From an uncultured Acidobacteriaceae bacterium (GTDB lineage: Bacteria > Acidobacteriota > Terriglobia > Terriglobales > Acidobacteriaceae), in contig CAWAIT010000005.1 of NCBI GenBank assembly GCA_963782235.1, positions 726,929-790,928 of the forward strand: a stretch of DNA of 64,000 bases, given 5' to 3'. Both the position numbers and the translations under genes were made by a program. The first letter of the stretch is position 1; every line of letters begins with the position of its first letter. Below are positions 19,084 to 28,410 of this stretch, piece by piece. The notes under the pieces are model-generated. The model saw only the letters and a program-made list of their open reading frames with translations, searched no databases and was not told the origin of the DNA.

Positions 19084-19754
19084 GAGTCACCTGCTTTCCG
19101 CTTAGACAGGCCAAAAATACCTCCGCTGGCATGCTGGGTCTTCAACTGCGGCGCCAGGATTTTTTGCATCATCAATCTGGCACGCAGCAGCCGGGTCTTT
19201 ACAACTCCGTCGTTGACCCCGAGCATGGCGGCAGTGTCAGCAATGTTGAACTCCTGCACGTCGCGCAAAATCAGAACTTCACGGTACATTTGGGGAAGGG
19301 ATTCAAGTGCCGATCGCAAGAGCTCGCGCAGCTCTTGGCGCTCCAGGGCTTCCGATGGCACTTCGCGCCAGTCCGTGATTACAGCCGGTACAAACTCGTT
19401 GTCTTGATCCTTCGAAGTCGCATCAATTGAATCGAACTTCAAGACGCGATCATGACGCAGCCGGGCGCGTGCTTCATTGATCGCAATCGAAACCAGCCAT
19501 GTCCCGAACTTGGCTTCGCCCCGAAACGAAGCCAGATTCTTGAGCGCCTTGAGCACCGTCTCCTGAGCCACATCCTCGGCGTCGTGCTCGTTCTCTAAAA
19601 TCGAGTATGCAGCGAAGTAAAGGCTGCGCTCGTAGGGACGAACCAGCTCATGAAACAGCTGGCGCTCGCCCGCGAGAATCCGCGCGATCAGTTCGCTCTC
19701 TTGCGACGGCGACCTCACCTCCCGTGCCGCGGCACTGGACATCCGATTTCCCAC
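19074..19754 (-). CDS. ECF-type RNA polymerase sigma-70 factor
   Basis: Region 2 (FHELVRPYERSLYFAAYSILENEHDAEDVAQETVLKA) and region 4 (YREVLILRDVQEFNIADTAAMLGVNDGVVKTRLLRAR). Confidence 0.88.
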   Translation of the reverse strand: MGNRMSSAAAREVRSPSQESELIARILAGERQLFHELVRPYERSLYFAAYSILENEHDAEDVAQETVLKALKNLASFRGEAKFGTWLVSIAINEARARLRHDRVLKFDSIDATSKDQDNEFVPAVITDWREVPSEALERQELRELLRSALESLPQMYREVLILRDVQEFNIADTAAMLGVNDGVVKTRLLRARLMMQKILAPQLKTQHASGGIFGLSKRKAGDSWF

Positions 19755-19875
19755 TCCGGTTGAATACAGTCAGCCCTTGCTATCCACAACCTACCTAAGA
19801 TGAGACTTTCCACTGCAGGAAAAGTGACAGCAGCTTTGAATGTAACTTAACCTCACTAGAAGAGTCATAATCAGC

Positions 19876-20607
19876 ATGAAACTCCCCTGGCTGGCCTTGC
19901 TGATCGCCGCCTGCATGCTTTCCCCGGCCTTCGCGTCTGACGGTCCTGTTGTGGTCGAGCTGTTCACCTCGGAGGGCTGTTCCAGTTGTCCTCCGGCGGA
20001 TGCTCTGTTGATTCAACTAAGCCACATGAGCGGGACAGAGGGGCCTGAGGTAATCGTCCTGGGTGAGCACGTTGACTATTGGAACCACATTGGCTGGACG
20101 GACCGCTTCTCTTCCCCGCAGTTTACCTGGCGCCAGCAGGGCTATGCGCAGCGCTTCGGGCTGGCCTCACCCTACACGCCGCAGATGGTCATCGATGGGC
20201 AGCGCCAGTTGGTTGGCAACGACACCTCAGGCGTGGCGCGCGAGATTACTGCGGCTTCCAGGCAGGAGAAGCCGGCGAAGGTGGCGCTTACCAGGCTCAA
20301 CGGCAACGCGTTTCAGGTCTCCGTTCGAGCTGAAAATACGAAAGGCAAAGTCTTCCTCGCCATCACCGAAGATGGGCTGTCCAGTGAAGTCAAAGGCGGC
20401 GAAAATGGCGGGCGAACTCTGCACCATGCCGGCGTCGTTCGCGAACTGCGAACCCTCGGTTCGCTATCGAACGGCAGCTTCAACGACAAAGTCGAGGTCC
20501 GGCTTCAGCGAGACTGGAACCCGGCCAACCTAAAGCTGGTCGTGTTTGCTCAGCAGAGCGATTTCGGACGCGTCCTCGGGGCCGCGTCGCTTCGGTTCAA
20601 CGAATAG
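19876..20607 (+). CDS. DUF1223 (thioredoxin-like) secreted protein
   Basis: Signal peptide, VVVELFTSEGCSSCPPAD, LGEHVDYWNHIGWTDRFS. Confidence 0.8.
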   Translation: MKLPWLALLIAACMLSPAFASDGPVVVELFTSEGCSSCPPADALLIQLSHMSGTEGPEVIVLGEHVDYWNHIGWTDRFSSPQFTWRQQGYAQRFGLASPYTPQMVIDGQRQLVGNDTSGVAREITAASRQEKPAKVALTRLNGNAFQVSVRAENTKGKVFLAITEDGLSSEVKGGENGGRTLHHAGVVRELRTLGSLSNGSFNDKVEVRLQRDWNPANLKLVVFAQQSDFGRVLGAASLRFNE

Positions 20608-20616
20608 ACAGGGGCA

Positions 20617-20742
20617 CTGAAGAACTCGGAAAACGGATCGCGAGCGCACTCGCGTCGGCTTGCGATCCAGGAAATAAAAGGGTTTACAACGGCGCAGCCG
20701 AAGCAGCACCCCCTTCAAAAGATCTTCCGCCGAGTTCTTCAG
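20617..20742. repeat. 13-bp perfect inverted repeat pair about 100 nt apart between convergent genes
   Basis: CTGAAGAACTCGG (20617..20629) and CCGAGTTCTTCAG (20730..20742), with an inner GATCGCGAGCGCACTCGCG palindrome. Confidence 0.6.
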
Positions 20743-20757
20743 CAGCCCGTAGAGTCG

Positions 20758-22110
20758 TTATTGCTTGCTGGAATTTTGCTGCGCGCCGGGCGGATTCCCC
20801 TGGGCTGCCGCTTCTGGCTTCTCGCGCTGCGGAGGCAGCGGATAATACCCATGCTTGGCAGTCACCAGCAGACCCGGGCGCTTCACCCTTACCTCGATGT
20901 CGCGATACCTGCTGGAAGGGCTTTGCGTCGTGTTATATCCCAGCGTGTACTGGTTGCGCGCCTGTAGCGTGATCTGCTGATAGGCGCTCTCGATTGTCTC
21001 CCGCGACATTTCGTTCAGCACGTCTCCGCCCGTCGCGTTGGCATACTTGGGAAGGATGTCGGTGTAACCCTGGGTGGGAATGTGCAGCTTGCCCAGCTCG
21101 CGATAGCCAGGCATGGCAGCGGAGTCGACGCCGATCGCGTACACCGCGATGTTGTTCGTCAGCAGCACCTTCAGCACTTGCTCATAACTGGCACGGCTGC
21201 CGTACTCGCGGCCATTGCTGACAACAAAGATAATCTTGCGGCTTTCCCGCGACTGGTGCGAGAGTCCTCTGCGGCCATCAGGATCGCGTCATTCAGCACC
21301 GCTGACGGGCGCGAAGGGGTGTTCACCTGCAAGCGTCCTGGATCGACCGGCTTGCCGTTATTCGTACGGACCAGAACCGAACGGGCCGCCCAGCTGCGCC
21401 GGACCGGGAGTCTCTCCCTCGAGGTCGCGAATGCGTTGCAACGCCAGTTGCAGCCTTTGTGCGTTGCCGAAGTCGGCTTGCTTAGTGACCGAGTTTCCAT
21501 AGGTGAACACGGCTGTGTTATCGAATGGGCCGAAGGCCCCGGTCAGCGCCGAGTAGGTCTGGCTGACCTTCTTTAAGGTTGTCTCCGGCAGGCCGACGTC
21601 GATTACCAGCGCGGTCGAGAGGGGAAAAGGGTCGCTGGTAAAGAAGCTGATTTTTTGTGGAACGCCGTCCTCGTAGATGCTGAAGTCCTTCTGCAAAAGT
21701 CCGGCCACCAGGTGCCCTTCGTGGTCCTTCACCGTGACCGGGACGGAGACGAAGTTCACGCGGACGATCAACTTGAACAGCTCGTCTACGCCACTGCCTG
21801 GCGCCTGTGAAGCCTGCCCAGGCGGTATGGTCTTGATCTGCTGCGATCCGGGCGGTGGCGCTTGCGGGTTTTGCTGCCCCGTGTCCGCCGACTCAACCGG
21901 CCGAGTATTCGGGTTCGATTCCGGGTTTGCTTCTGATGAGGATTCGCCCTGATTGCCGGGCGAGGGCACATTCACCTGAGGCAGGGGAGCATTGTTCTGA
22001 GGCGCAGGAGCATCCGGCAGCTTCTCTTGCGAGAGAAGGGAAGCCGGGGCGAGAAACAGCACCGACACGGCGGCGCACAAACTCCAATGACTCAATCGCC
22101 GGTTGAACAT
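20758..22110 (-). pseudogene. VWFA-related acidobacterial-type (TIGR03436-like) secreted VWA protein, two frame breaks
   Basis: The N-part is in ORF 21358..22248 (signal MFNRRLSHWSLCAAVSVLFL; VNFVSVPVTVKDHEGHLVAGLLQKDFSIYEDG). The middle segment NGKPVDPGRLQVNTPSRPSAVLNDAILMAAED is only in ORF 21171..21500. The C-part is in ORF 20758..21177, back in the first frame. Confidence 0.75.
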
Positions 22111-22246
22111 GGCAGGCGTTCTTGTCTCCCCGGTTGGCAGAACTAAGCTCAGTATACGCCAGCCGATTGGCTCCCAATGCCGGTGCATGAAACCGCCCTT
22201 ACGAGGCATGCAATACAATAAATATATTCGAAAGAATCGAGAGGCC

Positions 22247-23296
22247 ATGTTGTTGATGCGATTTGCCCGCCCCGCGATTGCTGCCGGTCTGCTTTTCTTT
22301 TCCAGTCTTGGTTTGCCGGCGCAGTCCCCGACTTCCGCCCCCCAACCGCAAGACCAGCAGCCGCCAGCCTCTCAGGAACCCGGCAACGAAGAGCCGCTAC
22401 AGACCTTCAAGGCGGAAGTGAACGTCGTCAACCTGTTCTTCAACGTGAAGGACAAACACGGCATGCTGATTCCGAATCTGACCAAGAACGATTTCGAAGT
22501 CTACGAAGACGGCAAGCCGCAAACCATCAAGTACTTCTCGGCCGAGTCCAACCAGCCTTTGACGCTCGGCATCATGATCGACACCAGCCCCAGCCAGATG
22601 CACGTGCTGCCCATCGAACAGCAATCGTGCTCCGAGTTCCTGCATAGCGTTCTTCGTCCAAAGGACCTGGCATTTCTCATCAACTTCGATGCTGACATCG
22701 ATCTTGACCAGGATTTCACCAGCAATGCCAGCCAGTTGGCGCACGCCCTAGACAAGCTCGAAATCAACGGCGGAGCCTCCGGCGGGGGGCTGCCCGGCCT
22801 CGGTGGGGGGCCGGTTCCGAATGCCCATCCGCGTAGCACAGCTTTATACGACGCGATCTTCCTTGGCGCCGATGAGAAGCTGAAGAACGAAGTCGGCCGC
22901 AAGGCCATGATCATTTTCACCGACGGCGAAGATGAAGGCAGTCACCTGAAGATTAAGGACGCCATCGAAGCGGCGCAAAAGGCCGACACTATCTGCTACG
23001 TTATCCTGATCGCCGATCGCGGTTTCTACGGTGGCCTGGGTTACAGCGGCGACGTGTATATGAAGAAGCTGGCCGAGGAAACTGGTGGCCGCGTCATCGA
23101 GGTCGGCAACAAGCAGGACAAGCTGCGCGCCGCTTTCGAGCAGATCCAGAATGAGCTGCGCAGCCAGTACAACATCGGCTACACCCCGACCAACAACAAG
23201 CTGGACGGTTCCTACCGCAAGATCCAGATCAAAGCCAAGGGCGACGGACTGAAGATTCAGGCCCGCCAGGGCTATTACGCCATGGCGAAGGACTAG
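22247..23296 (+). CDS. VWFA-related acidobacterial-type (TIGR03436-like) secreted VWA protein
   Basis: Signal MLLMRFARPAIAAGLLFFSS, VNVVNLFFNVKDKHGMLIPNLTKNDFEVYEDGKPQ, and a MIDAS-like segment LGIMIDTSPSQ. Intact paralogue divergent from the broken copy. Confidence 0.85.
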   Translation: MLLMRFARPAIAAGLLFFSSLGLPAQSPTSAPQPQDQQPPASQEPGNEEPLQTFKAEVNVVNLFFNVKDKHGMLIPNLTKNDFEVYEDGKPQTIKYFSAESNQPLTLGIMIDTSPSQMHVLPIEQQSCSEFLHSVLRPKDLAFLINFDADIDLDQDFTSNASQLAHALDKLEINGGASGGGLPGLGGGPVPNAHPRSTALYDAIFLGADEKLKNEVGRKAMIIFTDGEDEGSHLKIKDAIEAAQKADTICYVILIADRGFYGGLGYSGDVYMKKLAEETGGRVIEVGNKQDKLRAAFEQIQNELRSQYNIGYTPTNNKLDGSYRKIQIKAKGDGLKIQARQGYYAMAKD

Positions 23297-23336
23297 CGCC
23301 ATTTAGCATGGTTATCGGTAGCGGAGATACACCGAT

Positions 23337-24224
23337 ATGAAACACGCTGTTCTCGGCGCGGGTGCAATTGGTGGACTAGTGGGCACGGCGCTGGCGTCGC
23401 TGGGCAACGATGTCAGCCTGATCGTCCGGCGGGAGAAGCTGGAGCACTATCCGAAGGAAGTGACACTGGAACGGCCATCAGGCACTCTCACGGCTACTGT
23501 CAAGCTTGCCGCCGAGTTGTCGCAGCCGACCGACGTACTCTGGATTGCGACCAAGACCTATCAACTCGAAGAGGCGCTGAACACCATCGAATCCGAACCG
23601 CACAGTATTGTGCCGCTCCTCAACGGAGCGGACCACGTTGCGGCGTTACGTTCGCGCTTCGGGCATGACCGGGTGATTCCCGCGACCATTGCCGTCGAGG
23701 CCGAGCGAACCGCGGACGGACATTTTGTGCAACGCTCTCCTGTGCGGCTGAATTTGGCGGCCACGGGAGAGTCCTTGCTCAGCGATACCGTGCAAGAACT
23801 GCGCGACCTGGGATTCCTGTGCTCATTCATCGCCAACGAGCAAAGCCTGATGTGGGGCAAGCTGTGCTTCCTCGGGCCGTTCGCGCTGACGACCGCGGCG
23901 TCCGGCAAGAACCTGGGCGAGATTATGGCCGACCCTGCGTGGAAGACGACGATGTACAACACCTTTGCCGAAGCGCAGGCAGTGGCCGAAGCCTATGGAG
24001 CGCAGATTGATCCGGCAAGAGTGCAGGCAATCCTCGACTCTTCACCTCCAACCATGCGCAGCTCCATGGCGAAAGACCTGGCCGCAGGGCGCCAATTGGA
24101 ACTGGACGGCATCGCCGGTCCGATTATTCGCGGCGGCGCGCGGTGGGGAATCGCCGTACCAACGACGGAGCGGCTGGTCGAGGAGATCGAGGCCCTGGCC
24201 AGTGCTGGCAAGAGCAAAGTTTGA
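23337..24224 (+). CDS. ketopantoate reductase (PanE/ApbA) family oxidoreductase
   Basis: N-terminal GAGAIGG Rossmann motif, 295 aa, ApbA-like C-terminal domain. Confidence 0.75.
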   Translation: MKHAVLGAGAIGGLVGTALASLGNDVSLIVRREKLEHYPKEVTLERPSGTLTATVKLAAELSQPTDVLWIATKTYQLEEALNTIESEPHSIVPLLNGADHVAALRSRFGHDRVIPATIAVEAERTADGHFVQRSPVRLNLAATGESLLSDTVQELRDLGFLCSFIANEQSLMWGKLCFLGPFALTTAASGKNLGEIMADPAWKTTMYNTFAEAQAVAEAYGAQIDPARVQAILDSSPPTMRSSMAKDLAAGRQLELDGIAGPIIRGGARWGIAVPTTERLVEEIEALASAGKSKV

Positions 24225-24247
24225 GATTGGGGAGTTGCGGCTTTCAC

Positions 24248-25288
24248 TTACTTCTTGACCCGGTTTGCGGTGAAATGAATGGGCGTATGGGGCACAATGC
24301 TGCTGTCGGTCACCATCGTGAACTCGATCGTGTCGCCTTTGACCGTGCCCTTGTAGTAGTGCTTGTCTTCGTAAGTCTTTTCATCGCCTGATAGAGTCGT
24401 GAGGCTCTTCGTCATAAAACTTATCCGGTCGCCTGCGATCTTACCGTCCCATATAGGCAGCCCCGCGCCCTTACGGCTTCCGAGAAATCCGGCGGACCCG
24501 GATAGCTCCTGGCCATCAACTTCGAAATCGAACCAATCCTTGTAGGTGTCTCCCCAGTCGTATTTCACGGTTGCCTCCCATTCCCCGGCAACGTCTGCGG
24601 AAGCTTTCGCGGAGTTCCCCGTTCCGCCTCCCAAGGTCTGGGCAGGAGGCGGCGCAGGTCTCGTACCCGGGGTAGCTTGCCCCGTGCCTGCCGCGGGAGG
24701 GTCCGATTGTGCTGCTTTCTGCCGCTGATTGTGCAGCAGCCAGAAAACGCCGATGAGCAGCGCTGCAGCAACCAGTAGTGCGGGAGCGAATCGCTTAAGG
24801 TTCACCTCTTTGGGGATGAAGCCCGTACCGTGAAGTGTGCGATGCAGTACATCGGTCAGCTCTTTTGCGTCCGTATGGAAATGCGCGTCGCGAACTTCCA
24901 TCGCCTGCCGGTCGCACAGCGCCTGCAGGTTAGCGGGCAGGTCACTGGGACTCGGCAGGGTCGCCCCACCCACCAGGACGGGAATCACTCGGATGCCGCG
25001 CTCCAAGGCCTTCCCGATTTCGAGACGCACAAAGTCGCTCGGGTTATCCAGCCTGCGCCCTCCATTCGGCTCAGTCACCGATAACCAATGGGTGCCGATC
25101 ACCGCAACCATTGCATCGGACACAGTGAGCTTGCGGTCGATGACCGCGGTGAAATTGTCGCCACCCTCGATCGTATCGAGATCCATGAACGTGTTCTCCC
25201 GACCGAACTCGGTGCTCAGGATGTCGAACAATCGGCCGGCATAGGCGGCGCTGTCTTCACGCCGATAACTAATGAACACTCCAGGCAT
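24248..25288 (-). CDS. TIR-domain protein with one TM helix and a C-terminal extracytoplasmic beta-rich domain
   Basis: N-terminal FISYRREDSAAYAGRLFD...DFVRLEIGKALERGIRVIPVLV (TIR_2-like), TM FAPALLVAAALLIGVFWLL, a P/A/G linker, then GEWEATVKYDWGDTYKDWFDFEVDGQELSGS...YKGTVKGDTIEFTM. Confidence 0.8.
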   Translation of the reverse strand: MPGVFISYRREDSAAYAGRLFDILSTEFGRENTFMDLDTIEGGDNFTAVIDRKLTVSDAMVAVIGTHWLSVTEPNGGRRLDNPSDFVRLEIGKALERGIRVIPVLVGGATLPSPSDLPANLQALCDRQAMEVRDAHFHTDAKELTDVLHRTLHGTGFIPKEVNLKRFAPALLVAAALLIGVFWLLHNQRQKAAQSDPPAAGTGQATPGTRPAPPPAQTLGGGTGNSAKASADVAGEWEATVKYDWGDTYKDWFDFEVDGQELSGSAGFLGSRKGAGLPIWDGKIAGDRISFMTKSLTTLSGDEKTYEDKHYYKGTVKGDTIEFTMVTDSSIVPHTPIHFTANRVKK

Positions 25289-25489
25289 AATTTTGGGATC
25301 TGCTTTGGCAGAATGGCCGGATTATAGACTCGCAAGTCGTCAAGAGCTAGGGCTGTTGCGGACCTGCGACAACGAGCGGGGCACGGGACCCGTTGCCGAC
25401 GGGCGCGACCTGCCCTACCGACCAACCCACCTGCTACACTCTACCCGGTCTTTCGGAATAAGGTTTCCCCTGCTTCCTCAGGAGTAAAC

Positions 25490-25654
25490 ATGGACGCGAT
25501 CACGAGTCTGGGGCCGTTTCTGGTACCCATCACTGCGCTTGTCGTGGGTGGCATTATCACCGTGGTGGTGCTTGTCCTTCGGCATCAGGAGCGGATTGCC
25601 AAGATCGAACGCGGCATCGATCCCGACGCCGCGAATCCGAAGTATCCAAAGTAG
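25490..25654 (+). CDS. small single-TM protein (54 aa, below the ORF-track length cutoff)
   Basis: AGGAG 6 nt upstream of the ATG. MDAITSLGPFLVPITALVVGGIITVVVLVLRHQERIAKIERGIDPDAANPKYPK. Followed by a strong hairpin terminator. Confidence 0.45.
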   Translation: MDAITSLGPFLVPITALVVGGIITVVVLVLRHQERIAKIERGIDPDAANPKYPK

Positions 25655-25721
25655 CGTTGGGTGCCAATGGGTGGAGCACCTCTTCAGCAGTGCAGTGCGC
25701 AGGAATGATTCCAAACGCACA

Positions 25722-25755
25722 AATCCCCGTCCTGCTTTTTTTCAGGACGGGGATT
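25722..25755. terminator. bidirectional intrinsic terminator
   Basis: AATCCCCGTCCTG-cttttttt-CAGGACGGGGATT between convergent genes. Confidence 0.75.
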
Positions 25756-25762
25756 CTGGCTA

Positions 25763-26668
25763 TTACTTCGCTGCGGCCTGGTTGGGATAGGCGACGAAGC
25801 CGGTGTTGATCGGCGCCGTGCCGTAGAAACCGACCAGTATGCCGTCATCATTGACGCCATTGACAATAGTGGTGCCAACACCCTGGGGAGCATCGACGGT
25901 CGTGAAGCCATTCTGGCTGGTCCACACGAACCCATGAGTGTTGTTGCCGGCGTCCATATACTGGCCCACGACCTGGCCTTTGTTGTTCAGGCCAAGCGCC
26001 TGGGTGAAGGTACTACCAGGAGCATCCAGAGTCACCAGCAGGCCGAAGTTCAGCAGGAACCCGTGGTTTACGCCGTTGGAATCGATGTAGAATCCGCAAA
26101 TTTCCTGCGAGTTGTTGATGCCGGTGGCTTGCGCTCCGCCGACGGCCGCGGGAATCGTGATGACCTGAAAAACTCCCCCACCCAACTCGTCGTAGACGTA
26201 AGGAAAGTCGGGGGTCGTGTTGTCTGGGCTCAAGCTATAGTAGCCCGCGGCCTGGCCCATGTCGTTCTGCCCCAGAAGCTGGTTGAAGGGCGTTCCCGGA
26301 TAATCGACCGTCGAAAACTTGCCATGGATATTGATAAACCCATGCGTGACATTGTTGTTGTCCACGTAGAACCCGTCCGTGGTGCCGGTGTTGTTGATCC
26401 CGATGACCTGGGTCATCATCGAGTTGGGATAGTTCTCGGTGGTGAAACTGTTGGGCAGTTGGAGAGTAAAGCCTGAGTTCTGGTTGAAGTTGTGATACCC
26501 GGCGATCTGCAGGGCGTCGTTAATTCCAAGCAACTGCGTGAACTGGTCGTTTGCGTTGTTGGCAGGATATTTGACAATCTCGAAGTTGTAACTCTGCCCC
26601 CACATGGAGGCGCAGAGCAGCAGGGTTGCGGCGAAGGCGAAAAGAGAGGCAAAGCGTTTCATGGTCAT
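25763..26668 (-). CDS. secreted HAF-like extracellular repeat protein
   Basis: Signal peptide. About six repeats of about 45 aa, pattern G(I/L)NN.GQ.VG.Y.D..N..HGF....G.F..(V/L)D.PG. Confidence 0.55.
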   Translation of the reverse strand: MTMKRFASLFAFAATLLLCASMWGQSYNFEIVKYPANNANDQFTQLLGINDALQIAGYHNFNQNSGFTLQLPNSFTTENYPNSMMTQVIGINNTGTTDGFYVDNNNVTHGFINIHGKFSTVDYPGTPFNQLLGQNDMGQAAGYYSLSPDNTTPDFPYVYDELGGGVFQVITIPAAVGGAQATGINNSQEICGFYIDSNGVNHGFLLNFGLLVTLDAPGSTFTQALGLNNKGQVVGQYMDAGNNTHGFVWTSQNGFTTVDAPQGVGTTIVNGVNDDGILVGFYGTAPINTGFVAYPNQAAAK

Positions 26669-26929
26669 TCTCCTAATTTATGTTTGCGGCGGCAGCCGGA
26701 AACTGATTTGCTGCCGATGTACTCCCGGAGGGCTGAGTTTGGTGCCCCAGGTTCGCCCGCTTTTGGCTAACCTGGGCCAGCCACAGCTCAGAATCCGTGA
26801 GCCATCACCGGCTGCGAGTGTGAAAGTAGCGCGGTCGGCCGATTGGAGTCTTTAAGAAGCAGTTGGAAAGGGCTTGGAAATTTGTAAGGAAGAAATTGGT
26901 ACCGTAAGTGATTGACAGTAAAGGTGCTT

Positions 26930-27180
26930 TGGGCGGAGCCCCGCTTCAGCAGTGCAACTTACAGCTCACCGAAAACGGCTTCAGCCACTGAGGTAAATCG
27001 AATTACTCAAGCGTTAAGGAGGGGGGCACTGTCTGAGGTTTGTATCAGGGCACGACTTTCAGTCGTGCCTCTAAGGAGCACTTAAAACATTACGAGCTTC
27101 AGCCCCTGGCCCGCAGGGGCTGAAGCCCATCCTTCCTGAAGCTCTTCGGCCCGGCTGAAAGCCGGGCCCTGATACAGAGC
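26930..27180. repeat. cluster of REP family 2 hairpins
   Basis: GGCACGAC-tttca-GTCGTGCC (27049..27069), CAGCCCCTG-gcccg-CAGGGGCTG, GGCCCGGCT-gaaa-GCCGGGCC, flanked by TATCAGGGC / GCCCTGATA. Confidence 0.65.
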
Positions 27181-27234
27181 ATTGCAAAAGCCCAGATTAG
27201 CCGAAAGAAGGGTGAACCTCGGGCGCCCAGTCTA

Positions 27235-28410
27235 CTAGTTCGGCAGATGGAAGGCGTACAGATTCGCGTCGTGCGATCCAACGTACAGCACGCCATTGAC
27301 TACTGCCGGCGAGGAATCGACCTGCCCCATCGTCGTGTACTTCCACAGGAACGCTCCCGTGCCGGCGTTCAGGGCGTACACTTTGTTGTCAGTAGACCCA
27401 ACGTACACCACGCCGTTGGCCACCGCCGGCGAAGACGGATAGATACCCCCTCCGGTCGCGTACGTCCAGAGGAGGGCTCCCGTGGAGGCGTTGAAGGCGT
27501 AGACGTTAGAATCCTGAGACCCGACGTACACCATGCCGTTGGCCACCGCCGGCGAAGAACCCACAGAAAATCCCGTCATGTACTTCCACAGAGGCGCTCC
27601 CGTGCTGGCGTCCAAGGCGTACAGGTTATTGTCGGGAAAATCAGACCCGACGTACACCATGCCGTTGGCCACCGCCGGTGAGGAATCGATGAAACCCGCC
27701 GTCGTATACTGCCACACTAGCGCTCCCGTACTGGCGTTCAAGGCGTACACGCTTGTGCCGGGCTCAGTAGTCCCGACGTACACCACGCCGCTGGCCACGG
27801 CTGGCGAAGAATAGACAGGCCCATCCATCGCCGCAGACTTCCATATGAGCACTCCCGTTGTGGCGTTGAGGGCGTACACGCTACGGTCGCCAGATCCGAC
27901 ATACACCACGCCGCTGACCACCGCGGGCGAAGAATAGACATAACTTCCCGTCGTGTACTGCCACACTAGCGCTCCCGTCGTGGCGTTCAAGGCGTAGAGG
28001 TTAGTGCCATTAGCCCCAACGTACACCACGCCGTTAGCCACCGCCGGCGTAGAAGGGACCTGAACCCCGGTCGGGTACATCCACAGAAGCGCTCCCGTAC
28101 TGGCGTTCAGGGCGTATACGTTAGAGTCAAAAGACCCGAAGTACACCACGCCATTGACTACCGCCGGCGAAGAGGAATAGATCGGGCCATCAGTCGTGTA
28201 CTTCCACTTTAGAACCAGGTTCCCGACGTTTGCGGGGCTCAGAATAAGTTCGTTCGCGTTGTAGCCCGTGTTGCAGACGTCAGAATGGAACTTCGCCCAA
28301 TTTACGAGCGCGGAGGCTGAAGGCCCGCCGCACGGCCCATATTGCTGGGCCGTGGCGATAGAGCCGACTAACATGATCAGGAATAAATAACGGATAAGCT
28401 TGGTTTTCAT
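27235..28410 (-). CDS. secreted PQQ-like beta-propeller repeat protein
   Basis: Signal peptide plus about eight very regular ~40-aa blades (VYALNASTGALLWKYTTGG.IYSSPAVANGVVYVGS). Confidence 0.85.
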   Translation of the reverse strand: MKTKLIRYLFLIMLVGSIATAQQYGPCGGPSASALVNWAKFHSDVCNTGYNANELILSPANVGNLVLKWKYTTDGPIYSSSPAVVNGVVYFGSFDSNVYALNASTGALLWMYPTGVQVPSTPAVANGVVYVGANGTNLYALNATTGALVWQYTTGSYVYSSPAVVSGVVYVGSGDRSVYALNATTGVLIWKSAAMDGPVYSSPAVASGVVYVGTTEPGTSVYALNASTGALVWQYTTAGFIDSSPAVANGMVYVGSDFPDNNLYALDASTGAPLWKYMTGFSVGSSPAVANGMVYVGSQDSNVYAFNASTGALLWTYATGGGIYPSSPAVANGVVYVGSTDNKVYALNAGTGAFLWKYTTMGQVDSSPAVVNGVLYVGSHDANLYAFHLPN

